From the NCBI GenBank assembly GCA_013265495.1, contig MU058531.1, positions 736,678 through 800,677 of the forward strand: a stretch of 64,000 nucleotides of DNA. Reading direction: 5' to 3'. This document shows positions 26,252 through 38,669 of this stretch, piece after piece (the stretch's first letter is position 1; the number at the start of each line of letters is the position of its first letter). The position numbers were made by a program, and so were the translations under genes. This DNA comes from Vicugna vicugna. Its lineage: Eukaryota. Below the pieces are notes generated by a model that made no database searches, was not told where the DNA came from, and saw only the letters and a program-made list of their open reading frames with translations.

Positions 26252-27375
26252 TCCTCCTTAATGCTCTTTGAAGTTCTATAATGGCATCTACGTGGCATAT
26301 TCCAGGACAACATATAACATGTTGGTCTACCTAGATAGGCTGAAGAAACTGCTTAAAGATGAACACTTCATAGATTAAACGTGTCTGGTGGTCATTTGAT
26401 TTTCTCTATTGAATTATTAACCAGAAAATGTACCACAAATCTTGTCTATCACCCACAAAGCCTAAAATAACGTATCTTCTATTAGAAACAATTGCTGGTT
26501 AAGACTGTTTCTTTTCACAAAGGCCCCAAGACACTCAGAATAAAAATCACAGCCCTCTTTTTCCAGTTCAAAAAAACAATAGCAACCACAACTGGCACTG
26601 AGCCTTCCCATGTGTGAGACACTGGTGCCTACGCTTGGCCATTGGTGAGGCCATCTGAAACAACAAACTTTTTCCATCCAAAAGCTGCCACTGGGTTGCT
26701 TCCATTTTTTTCTGGCCAACAATACTTAGTGGGACTTCTAAGAAGGCTGAGATCACAGTTGCATCTCTTATAAACTAAGATACAGACCTTTCCAACCTGT
26801 GAAACCCCCACAGCTTACAGCCAGCAAAAGCCACACTTAGCTGAGCTGGGTTATTTTCATTTCTGCTTGCAAGTGAGCTAATTCTTACTTTGGTTTCCTC
26901 TAAAACTTGGTTAAAAAGCACCTGTAGCATTTATCACCTACCAAAATTCTGATTTCGTCTAACCTATCCCATAGAGCTTCTGATACAGCAGTCCCACACT
27001 TGCCTTATTCATTTTACCAAATGTTTGTTATGGCAGGACAAGGATAATCCACTTTCTGGCCTACAGCATCTGCTTACCACCAAGCCAAAGCAGCTCCACT
27101 TCTAGACAACAAATTCTGTAATGATCACGGCTCAGCATAAGAAGAAACCATTGCAGGAATTTTAAACTGGAAGGAGTTTTATACAATAAATTTAAACAAA
27201 ACCGTTGGATCACCTGGAGCAGCAGTGTCAGGATCTCAGCAGAGTTCGAAAGAAAACCGAACTGACAAGTATCAGAAATGCCAGTTAAAGCAACAAGCCA
27301 AAATGGAAGTAACTATCAAACCTTTAATCACTTACAGTGATAACGTAAGTAAGAGGGTAAAACCTGAGAAAATGC

Positions 27376-27908
27376 TGACTCTTCCAGGCCAGTCCATTTT
27401 CTCCCATGGACTGTACACTAGGGGGGAAGGGGGGGCAGGGGGTGGAGTGAGTCAACCAGTGGACCAGTATGGTACATGAAGTGGACCCAGTACAGATGTG
27501 AGGTTCTCTCACTGTTAAGGGAACTCCAAACAAAAGTCCCCTGCAATTTTATAGACCCTGAGTCAGGGGAGTAGAATGGGAGGGACTGGGCTGGGAATAG
27601 AAAAGCCCTGAGCCAGAGTAGAGGAACCCTTCAAGGGTTCCCTCATGCTCTTCCCCAAAGGAGCCTCAGCAGAGGCACCTGGCAAGACAGCCCCAGATAA
27701 AGAGACTTCTGAATGCAAGCGTCCAGGCTAGGAATGCAAATATGTTTAAGAGCATGGTGGGCCAGGGGGCCTGAGGGCTTGACTCTAGCTCCCCTAATAA
27801 TGCTTTCACTGTGTACCAAGTCTTATATGTAGTGACTGGCAGTTTCCCCTGTGAGGTCTGCCAGGTAAAGCTTTGTCATTGCCTATGGTCAGGCCTGAAA
27901 AATCATAC
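27376..27908 (-). mobile_element. ERVL-class LTR (MER54/MER74-like)
   Basis: GC-richer block ending 'ggtcaggcctgaaaaatcataca'. Family from memory only. Confidence 0.45.
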
Positions 27909-28468
27909 AAAGGGAAGTTCTGGTGAGGAACCAGACTCCTAAGCAGGATCTAGGTAGGATCTTCAGGAATGAGTCCTAGAAGAATACAGAACTGACCCAC
28001 CAGGAAAGGCCCCCACTCAGTGTTTTGAATGAAGGAACCACTCAACAGATCTGATATTCATATCTGCTACCCAGTGGAAACAGGATGCTAGCACCACTGC
28101 CACTATTGTCACCACCACAATTGCTGCTAGACACTCAGGAGCCTAGAGAACAGTCCCTGGAGAATGTTGCAGAAAAACTTTATTTCTCCACAACCTAGCT
28201 TTCCCCCAACAACTAATTAAAGGAAGAAAGAGACAGAGTGAGTGTGACCAAGATAGCAAATAAGGCTTCTTCTAGCTTCTAAATGTTACAATTTTCAGGA
28301 TTTAATGAACTTTGTTAAGTCCCTGAACAATAGAAAAAGGCAGGAAACAGCTCCCGCCCATGAAGAAACTGAAAATACTGATTTCCTCAAAAAAAAAAAA
28401 AAAAAAACCACACAAGCATACATGATCATAGTAGTTTCTTTTTAGTCACACTGCAAACTTATTTATCT

Positions 28469-28712
28469 NNNNNNNNNNNNNNNNNNNNNNNNNNNNNNNN
28501 NNNNNNNNNNNNNNNNNNNNNNNNNNNNNNNNNNNNNNNNNNNNNNNNNNNNNNNNNNNNNNNNNNNNNNNNNNNNNNNNNNNNNNNNNNNNNNNNNNNN
28601 NNNNNNNNNNNNNNNNNNNNNNNNNNNNNNNNNNNNNNNNNNNNNNNNNNNNNNNNNNNNNNNNNNNNNNNNNNNNNNNNNNNNNNNNNNNNNNNNNNNN
28701 NNNNNNNNNNNN
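28469..28712. other. Assembly gap (244 N)
   Basis: Run of N with near-duplicate sequence on either side. Confidence 1.
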
Positions 28713-29744
28713 AAAAAAAAAAAAAAAAAGACCACACAAGCATCTATGATCATAGTAGTTTCTTTGTAGTCACACTGCAGAATATATGATCTGCTACGTT
28801 CTTAGGACTTTTCCCTCCTCCCCTTGCTCATCGAAGATTGCTGACAGTGTTTCAAATTCTTCTCCCACCATCATGCAGAGTGATTTCTCAACCTGGTACC
28901 CAAAGAATGATGGTGTCCAAAAAGATCAAGTACCTTCCATACACCAGGAGACATATTCCTTTTAATACAATCAGGGCCATAAGTAGCATTTTCTCTTATA
29001 AGGTACTATTATCATTATACATATGACTTTAAGAATAATTAAGTAACTGGGGACTGGTTTCTGTTACAATAATTATGGGAAGCAAAGACCTCTGACTGAA
29101 TGAACCCCACAGAAGTCATTTTAATAAAGTCTGAGGAGTGCTATTTGTCTTGCACAGAAAGACTGGGTTAAGGCAAATGCCAGCTTAGGATAAAAAGAAC
29201 AGCAACCATCCCCACCCTCATTATCCCTGCCTCTCCCTCTCTAATCACTTAACCTTTGCTAAAGCCTCATTAGTAAAAGGGAGACCTGCCTAGCAAGCAT
29301 AATCATCAGGCTTTAATGGACTTCAGACCTCATTCACTGTCCATGACTCAAAGCAGTGAAACGCAAATCCTTTTTATTTAAATACTTGAGAGCATTAACT
29401 GAGCATTTTTAATGGGTTTCAATTGTCAGAATGAAACAAAGTTCTCCAGGAGAATCTGAATTTTAACGAATACTAAAGTCAAAGAAGTTAAATGGAGAAA
29501 AAGTATTCTGGTGACATGGATTTTGGTTAGCCAAGTTAGTTTTAAAACAAAAATTTAAAAATCTGTTTTTCAGTTAACTTTAAAACCAGTTTCACAAATC
29601 TCTTCATCCAGGGTAATTATTTCTTGAAACTAGGCTTCACTGCCTTTAGAAACTTTTTTTATTTTTTGGTTTATGTTAGGCTTGGTTTTTGTTTGTCTAA
29701 GAGAGACCAGAAAGGAGTCTTGGAAAGTAAATAGCTTTCAGTGG

Positions 29745-30066
29745 TGTTAAAGGATAAACTGAGGCATATTAAAAAGTTTAACAGCATATTTGAGCCAAAA
29801 ATCAATCTAAGTTGAGCAGCATCAAACCGGAAGTGGTTAGGAGCACCCCACCACCAGACTTTTATAGAGAAAAGGGGGAAGCAAATGCAAAGAAATTGAT
29901 TGGTTACAGCTTAACGCCTAGTTGGCTGTTTGTGATTGGTTGTCCTTAGGTTTTGATTTAATAAACTTGAGGCATTTATAGGCTTAGATTTTGTTTCCTT
30001 ATATTAGGTTGCCATAACATTCAAGTCACCTCAGTCTAATGGCCTCCTTGTTTAATTAATTTAACA
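29745..30066 (-). mobile_element. Short ERV1-class solo LTR (MER57-like)
   Basis: Inverted termini TGTTAAA...TTTAACA and a 4-bp TSD GTGG (29741-29744 / 30067-30070). CCAAT and TATA boxes lie on the minus strand. Confidence 0.85.
29826..29939 (-). promoter_or_regulatory. Candidate LTR core promoter: 2x CCAAT, TATAAAA, Inr overlapping an ETS site
   Basis: ATTGG at 29935-29939 and 29899-29903; TTTTATA at 29860-29866; ACCGGAAGTGG at 29826-29836, whose minus strand contains the Inr-like CCACTTC. Confidence 0.5.
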
Positions 30067-30424
30067 GTGGGCACATTGCAGTCTAGATAAAATTGGTGAG
30101 AAGAGAGAATGGATACTGAATAGTTACTCAGTAGTGTCTGCCATCAGATATTTAGTCAGAGAAGCACAAGGCTCATCATATGAAGAATATGCACTTTTTT
30201 TTGACTAGGCTTCTGTTCTCCCACCTCTTTAATGTCTATTTATTCTTGATTGTTTTGATACTGTTTTAATCTTGGATAATTATTCACAGAAGCTAGATTC
30301 TGCCTCTGCATCCCTTTATAAGATCTTCTGATGCATGAGAAATTAAGTGTTACCTCTCAAAAGTAATCATGTGATACTCTGCACAAACCTCAATTATAGC
30401 AGGCAACCTATCTATTGAAAAAAT

Positions 30425-30556
30425 TTGTTTATATGTGCATTCTCCTCTACTGTGATCCCTCTGGGTATCAACCACATCTAGTCACATAGGATGATGCCTG
30501 ACACATATTTAGAGCTCTGTAAACCTTTGTGGAATTAACACATGAATGAATGAATA
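30425..30556 (+). mobile_element. L2 3' end
   Basis: 'tgcctgacacata...catgaatgaatgaat' tail. Confidence 0.55.
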
Positions 30557-33500
30557 CGAGTATCAACAGAGTTTTACCATATTCCCAAATGTTTTTTATT
30601 TCAGATACATTAAACTCATCATTTTCCTTTTCTTCCTCTCTAATTATATTTTAAAAGGCAACAAATTGTTTGCTTTCATTTCTCTGAAGGCTTTACCGGG
30701 AAATTCAGCTAAGTTTATATCCTGCATTGTAGAGTGACTTCCACACTTGGACATCCACACCGAATATCCTGGGCATAGGGAAGCAACATACAGACTAAAA
30801 TTCAGAAAACCAAGCAAATTATTATGAATTTGTTAAGATACATTGATTTTATAGAATAAGATCTTATTACCTTTCCTCTAGAGGCAATGTCTGTTATGAG
30901 CATTCCCTATAAATATGCATACGTGGAAAATTAAAAAGCATACTTAAACACAGCATGATTCTACAAAAATGCTGGCAATGTCCCAGGGTTGACTGTGTGT
31001 GCTATTAGGTATTTCTGAGAATTTACTTTGCCTGTGGCCAAGAATTTTCAGTAATTGCCTTCTCAGGTAAAATGAGGGCATCAGCAGAGAAGTAAACTCC
31101 ATAACACAAGAGGTAAGTTTCTATTTTTCACCATAATGTGTCCCTGGAAAACAGGCTGGGAAGCAAAAAGATTAAAAATAGACCTTTTGTGATTTCATAT
31201 AATTTGTTAAGTTTAAAACTTCAGTTACTCACATAAGTAATATTTATGTATGGGTTAGGCAGAATATTGACTGGGGCTCCCTTCTAGAGCCAAGAGAGAA
31301 TAAAGCAAGTGGACTCTGTAACATAGGCCATGTCTCTCAGTAATTCATGCAGCAGAAAATCTAGTTCAAAGTAAGAAACCTATGGCATACATGGCATCAC
31401 TTTCCATTCCAGAGACGACAGACAGGACTACTTGCTCACGTCATTCTTTCCTTCTTTACCTCGATTTAAATTTAGAATCTTCCTTTATATGCAACTCCAG
31501 ATGGTCACTAGCATTCATTTGAAATTGTTACCAATATTATGTATATTTAGTATTGGCCTAACATCCTAGACTTAGGTTGTTGATTTATGTAACTACAACC
31601 AGGGAACAAGTTTCACCTGGTGACAATACCTTGAATTGTAGCCATAACCTCAGGAAAAAGAATCCAATATTTTAAGCATAATTCATCAATTCAGGTTTAC
31701 AAATAGTGGCAAACATAACTTAAGTTACTATGTTAAAAAGAGTAGCCTGTTGTAAACTTCTTGAATTGCTAGAATCCCCTAGCTCACATCACCCTTGGTA
31801 TTTTAACAATAATTTAATCTAACTGTTATATAGACTTGCCAAATAATTCACTTCAGCTAGATCCATTTACTTCAGCAGATATTTACTGACATTTTCTTGT
31901 ATAGTTAGCACATTAGTTGATTCTTTTAGGACTTTGCAAACAAATACATGCTTCAGGGATTGTGCTCAAAAAGTTTACACTGTTTTAATATCAAAAAGAT
32001 ATGTAGAGTTCTGCTTTCAGTAACGGTAGAGTAGCTTGTATTGGACTAACTTTACCAATAGATTATAAACTCAGAATAAAAAATTAAAATAAAATGCAAG
32101 TGTTTAAAAATATAAGACAGTGGTCAAATTCAGTCAAAAAAAAAAAAGAAGTCAACAATCAAAACAAGGAAACTATAGTGGGTAATACTTGTGTTTATGT
32201 GACTTTTTGCCTATAGACACTCCCAACTCAGTAGGTTATCGAGTACTCAAGCAGAAACTTATGGTCTTTCTGGCTTTAAGAGTCAGGGGATGAATTTCAA
32301 GGCTGAAAAGTTTCTGAAAGTTGTGAGATGAGTTCATAAGGAAGGAAGTCAAATGAGAAATTCCACAATAAACAAATAGATATGTAAGTACATAAACACA
32401 CCCCCCACAAAAATTCTTGCCTGGCCCCGGAATGGTACACATATGGGACATCCCAAGGAGCCTGGTAGGAAGCAACAACAGGAAGGCTGAAGGAACTAAG
32501 ATTTCAGATCCTAAGCACCACAGAAGATAAGAGTTTGGAGTTTAACCAAGTTAACAGCATGATAGAACTAGCATCATCACTCTTCAGAGGACAAAAACAA
32601 AATTCGGTTTCTGTATCATTGACAATGCCCATTATACCATCAAAAATTACTAAACATGTTTGAACAAACAAGAAGATTTGACCAATGATCAAGAGAAAAA
32701 AAATCAAGTGAAACCAACCCTGAGATGACTCAGATGCTAGAGTTAGCAGACAAAAATGTTAAAGCACACATTATAAATATATTCAATAATTTAAAGGAAA
32801 TTACAGTCTTAAGAAATGAAAAATATGCAGAATTAATAGAAAAATGAAAACAAATGACCAAACCAAAATTCTACAACTAAGAGTATAATATCTGAAATTA
32901 CAAGTTCATTGGATGAACTTAACAGTAAATAGGACAAAAAATATTTGGAAAAATAATGGCTGAGAATTTCCTAAATTTGATAAAAATTTAATTTTTTCAA
33001 TACTTGAAGTTCAGTGGACCAAAATGGAAACAAATGCAAAGAGAACCACAGAATCAAACTGGTGAAAACCAAAGATAAAGAGGAAATCTTTAAAGAAGCC
33101 AAAGAACATATTACACAGAAGAAAAATAAATGTATGAATGATGGTTTATGCCCTATAAATAATGGTAATAATGGAAGCCAAAAGACAATGGAAAGAAAAA
33201 AAAATAGAGAAAATATTTTAAAATGAGGGGAAATTAAGACAACAAACGTGGAAGAACTCATTGAGAGCAGATTATAGTAACTTAAATGCTACAGGAAGTT
33301 ATTCAGGCTGAAAGAAATCACTACATTAGGAATCTCAGATCTACAAAGAGAAGTGAAGAAAATGAGAAATGCAAGTGAGTAAATTTAAAGTATTATACTT
33401 TTCTCCACTGAATTTATTTAAAGCCTTTGAATGTTTAAAGGAAACATTGTAGTGCTGTATTGTAAGGTTTATAGTAATGCGTATGTGACATACATGGTAT

Positions 33501-33656
33501 CACTAGTACAAAGGATAGAGTAGAAGGTTAAGTGGCACTGAAGGTTTGCACTCATCAACTGTACATAGATTGTAATGAGTTGAGGATATGTAATATAACT
33601 CCTAGAGCAAACAGGAGAGTAAATCCAAGGAGGTTTAACTGAAAAGCCAACAGAGG

Positions 33657-33885
33657 TATAACAGGCTGAATTTTGTCTAAAATTCATATACTGAAATTCT
33701 AATCCCCAGTATCTAAGAATGTGACCTTATTTGAAGGTAGGGTCTTTAGAGAGGAAATCAAGTTCAAAAGAGATCAGGATAAGCCTAAATCCAACAGAAT
33801 TGGTATCCTTATAAAAGGGGAAAATTGGAGACAGATATGCATACAGGAAGAAAGCCTTATAAATGTGGAGATGGCCATTTATAAA
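33657..33885 (+). mobile_element. MLT1B-like LTR 5' part
   Basis: 'ggctgaattttgtc...aattcatatactgaa...gaatgtgaccttatttgaaggtagggtcttt'. Confidence 0.75.
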
Positions 33886-34833
33886 ATAAAGCAGACAGAC
33901 ATTTTATAGAAATTGAGCTGATTCTATAATTTACATAAAAATTTGAAGGACATAGCAAAGCCCAGACAGTCTGGAAGAAAGAACCAAACTGAAGGACTCC
34001 CATCACATGACCTCAAATCTTAGCAGAAAACTACAGTAATAAAGATCATGTGATACTGGCCTAGTAACAGGCAAATAGAACAATGGAACCTAATAAAATC
34101 CCGAGATAGACAAATTCTTATATGGTCAATTAATTTGCCACAAAGATATCAAGTTTGTTTAATAACCTTGGGAAAATGAAAGTCTTTTTTTTTTTAATAA
34201 GGTGCTGTAACAACTAAATATCCACATGGAAAAAATAAAGTATAAACTCTATGCCATAAATAAAAGTTATTTTGAGATGGACCATAAACCTAAAGGTAAA
34301 AACCAAAACAATAAAGTGTCTGGAATAAAACACAGAATACTGTATTTGTGGCCTGGAGTTAGGCAAACATTTCTTAAATATTTCTGACAAAAGGTTTACT
34401 TTCAGAAAATATCAACTTCTAGAATTCAATAACCAAAGGACAAACAATCCTATGAAAATGAGCAAAACTTGAACAGACACTTCACATAGTAAAGTATACA
34501 AAAGGTCAATAAGCTTGGATATAAGAGCTCTCAACACCATTAGCCTTCAGAAAAATGCAAATTAAAGCCATAAGGAGACACAAATGCACACTCAGTAGGA
34601 TGGCAAAAAGACCAAGTATCAGGAAGGCATGAAGAAATCAGACCTCTCTTCCACTATTGGTGGAAATGTAAAATAGCACACTTTGAAAATCAGTTTAACT
34701 GTTTCTTATAAAGTTAAACATATACCATCCCTGTATTCCAAGAAGAATGAAAATACATGTCCATGAAAAGATGTGTTCCAGATGGTTCACAGAATATATA
34801 TTCATAACCCCCCCAAAAAACTTGTGAACAATA

Positions 34834-35231
34834 TGTGGTTTGCAAATTGGCCCCCATAGACAGATAGCGAGGAGAGGTGAAAGAAAGAGGCAGCCACTCC
34901 AGACTGGTAGGTGGTGATTTTAATAACTAAGGAAATTGAAATATCAGGCTTGTCTTGGGCAGCTGTAAGAAAAGTAGATCTTTCCACTTGATCACCAGAA
35001 TCTTAAGTTTAGATAGACACCTTAACTGAGTTTAGTCATGTATTCAGTCCAGATGGTCTCAACAAACACATTGCTCCCTCAAGGCTGTGTGCCTGAACAT
35101 AGCTCCCACTGTTGAAACAGTGGGCAGAGTGTACATTCAGGGATGGGAGAGGGTGTGAACTTCCTCTGATTGCCCAGGTCCAGCTCGTGGGTCAACTAGC
35201 AGTCATATCCTCTAGATGACCTCCTCCAATA
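34834..35231 (-). mobile_element. ERV LTR (Laurasiatherian type, family uncertain) inserted in L1
   Basis: GC-richer ~400-bp block interrupting the L1 motif 'aacaa|...catccatcaatagg'. Starts TGT and ends 'gatgacctcctccaata'. Confidence 0.6.
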
Positions 35232-35842
35232 AGACATCCATCAATAGGAGATTGCATAAGCAAACTGTGGTATTTTCCTAAGAGGGAACTTATTCAGCAA
35301 CAAAAAGAAATGTATTATTGATACATGTAACATGGATGAATTACACAGGTCTTACACTGAGGAGAAAAATCCAGGCACTAAAGAGCACACATGTTGTATG
35401 ATTCTGTTTATATGAAAGTATAGAAGAAGATTATCGTGAAAAAAATTGAAACAGGGTTGCCTCTGGAGGAGGGGGTCATTGACTGAGAAGGAATGCTCTA
35501 GACTGACAAAAACATTGTCTCTTGATAAGGCTAGTGGTTACGCTTGTGTATGTATTTGAGAAAGCTCACTGAATTGTACATATTAAATTTGTGCACTTCA
35601 TTATGTGTAGATTTTAAAGAAAACTAAAAGCAAAAACAGTAAAAGATAGCTTCATGGAAAAAAAAAGACACACGTGCCACAGACATAAAAATAAAAGCTA
35701 TAAGTGCAAGGAAGAATTTTTAAAATTCTACTTATAATGACATTATAATTACCATCTCAGATAATTCACACAACATGCCAGGGAATTTCTAATTTGGTTC
35801 TCTAGGATACTCTGAGCAACACTAAGGCAGCATATCAAGAAA

Positions 35843-35906
35843 ATACAATATGGTGGATTTGTCCCAAGTCAAAGATACAATATGGTGGATTTGTCCCAAG
35901 TCAAAG
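35843..35906. repeat. Perfect 32-bp tandem duplication
   Basis: atacaatatggtggatttgtcccaagtcaaag x2. Confidence 0.97.
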
Positions 35907-36419
35907 AAATGAAAATAAGCTTATAAAATTGTCTCAAATTTAGTTTTTTCTCCAATACATTTTCAAAAACATATGTACTTGCTTTTAACAGCTTGCTTAA
36001 ATGTGTTAACAAATACAACAAAACAAGACTCAAATATTAATGGGAATATTTGAAAGTATGACTTCTTAAATCTATGTCCCTGGTGGGCTGGGGATTTTTT
36101 GTTCGATAAGACCACCTATATTCATATTGCAGTTAATAGATTCACATTTTATGCTTACAAAGGTGTTTCTAATTGCTATGATGGAATTTAACATCAAGGA
36201 ATATTACAATATTTAAGGGTATCAGAACCATCAAGGTTTTTACCTCAGGAAGACAAGTTTGAGATCCACGGCATTGACACTGAGAACGGCAAAGCACGAT
36301 GTCTTTGAAGATAAGACGTCCTGAAAATAATCGTGGCTTGTGTGGAGACTTGTAAATGGGATTCCAAAAGGTGGGGAAAGACTAGGGAATTTCTAGCTGA
36401 GATTATGTAGCATTTGAGG

Positions 36420-36630
36420 TTTAGAGTCCAGGCTTGGGTGTGAGGTCAATATTAACTCAAACTTTAGCAGTGGTACTTTTTAGCTATGTGACCTTGAACA
36501 CACTTTTAAACCTAAGTCTCACTTTTTCTATTCATGAGATGGGAAATAAGACATTTTTCAGGGTTGTTGTGATGAGATAATATGTATATAATGGGTGATA
36601 TGAAAGTGAATGAAATCAGTAGTTATTAAA
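36420..36630 (+). mobile_element. MIR SINE
   Basis: 'tagctatgtgaccttgaa...cagggttgttgtgatgagataa'. Confidence 0.6.
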
Positions 36631-38669
36631 AAGTGGTTCATGCTTTTTAATAACTGATTTTGATATTATACATAAGCTCATCATTGAGGGCTTATTTGAG
36701 GTGACCCATTTGCTTTTTTTCAAAGAGATTTTTCCAGCAATGAGTGAAGGATAAGGTTATTTAGCTTTATACATATGATGAGAGGAGTAATTCATACAAA
36801 GCATTGAAAGTTAGGGTAAGGAATCAGATTGAGACACAAATACCTAAAGATATCTTTGAATATCATTTATGACAATGGAGTCCATGCTGTTTGGGAATAT
36901 GTATCTTTTCATATGGATTTGAAATATGTATATAGTAGTGGGGTAAATTCTACATATTTAGAGATGTGTAGTCACTGTGCTGAGATATTCAAGGGAACAA
37001 TTTATTCCAATTACATCTTGCTAATTCGCCAAGAAAAATGACTAATTTTCCAACCTGGTGCTTCCCAAGGGAAGTCTAACTTGGCTGCAATTTTAAAATT
37101 TATTATTCTGTTGACTGTATGCTCCTGGACTTCATTGTTAAAGGTGTTTGCTTGCAAACACATTGCAACACGAGAAAAATCCAATGGCAGAGTAGCCTGA
37201 TATATTTTCACACATTTACCTATTATCTCAAGAAACAGCATCTGTTTCAGCTATGCTAATGAAATCATTCTATAACTCATAATGGAGCCTGGTATACTAT
37301 TTCCCACATACTGAAAACAAAAACACAGCAAATTATGCTAATTTCAAACTAATTTACACTGAATGTGAAATTTATGAAAAAGAGCAGCTAGCTGGCTTGT
37401 TCAATGATACAGGCAATATCTTTCTCACTTGGTGTCATCATTTTCCTAACAATTTCAGTTGCGGAAGATGGTCAGACTACCGCCTAGAAAACAGTCATTA
37501 GGATTATTATTATACACGATGCATCCTGAAATAGTGAAATGACACAAGATTATGTATTTTATTAATAGGATGACCTACTTCTACATGACCAGACTGCTGC
37601 TTGACCTGGTTTTACATGTTTCAGACAGTCTTCTAATTTGCTATTTCCACCTTCTGTTTTCCTAGGTGTCTGGTCACTACAGAGGCTTGAAGCCATTCTC
37701 CTTTATTTTAGGAAGTAGGTCAGAAAAGTTTCAGTGTGCCAGCCCTCTCTCAATGCCACGGTAAATGTATACATGGTCTCTTCTTGAAGCCACACCAAGC
37801 ATAAATCCAAACACACAGATACCATCGGAGATTTCATATCCCTCATGTTGATAGTCTAATGATCATTGGAAATAGTAAGAAAATTAATACACCTAAATGA
37901 GTTTTTGCTCTAAGGAAGAGCTCTTTTGTATTTCATGCAACAGGGCCTCCAGACCACTTTTGAGTCTAGTTCAGTCCAATTACTGAGTCCTTAGCTCCAG
38001 GGAGATCCCTGGCCCCAGTAATGGGTTTTCTCAGATCACCTTAGACCCCAAGCCCCAGTTGCCTCTTGGCTCATAACTGCATGAGAATTGTGTTGTGTAA
38101 AATCACTAACAGCCTTGAGCAAAACAAATAAATTAGAGAAGCATTGCTGGGATGGAGAATGTTAGCCTTAGGAGAGAACTGGATGGGTCCCTTACTGCCA
38201 CAGTTGCAACTAAATTCCATTACAGTGCAGGAGGTTTTCCCCATTTTGGTACCTGCCCAACAGGACAAGGTCATCACTTGTAATTCCCTTTTTCTCACAC
38301 TAAATTCCAGCCAAGCGGAACATCTTTGACTTCTAAAATGTTGTGCCCTCTCTTCTGAGATTTTGTTACCCTAATTTCTCTTAGAACTCTCTCTCTCATA
38401 CCCCACACATATAACTTCCCCTATTTTACTGAACCAATTCCTACTTATTCCTCAGACCTCAGCTTAGTTGCATTTTTTGGCAAAGGATCCTTTCTTGAGG
38501 CTCTCAGATTCTCTTTAAATGACATTCCTAGGGGCTGTCATAGCACTCTCTAACCCTTCAAGAATAAATAAATGAGGTCCTAGGAAGAGACAATAAGAGT
38601 ACAGAAAATACTGCATATTTATACTTTAAAAAATAAAATAGAAAATACTATAAACCAAGGTCTTATCCT

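Larger units (their letters stand above)
32005..35640 (+). mobile_element. Fragmented old L1 (5' region, ORF1/ORF2 remnants, 3' UTR) with nested LTRs
   Basis: 'aataatggctgagaatttcctaaatttg', 'aactggtgaaaaccaaagataaagag', 'aaactacagtaataaag', 'gaacagacacttcac', 'catggatgaatt'. Confidence 0.75.

Noticed and set aside
28446..28753. ORFs with X runs
   Set aside because: Artefacts of translating through the N gap.
19767..35906. 32-bp repeats as CRISPR-like units
   Set aside because: Eukaryotic DNA; each repeat is two adjacent copies with no spacers, and the two units are unrelated.
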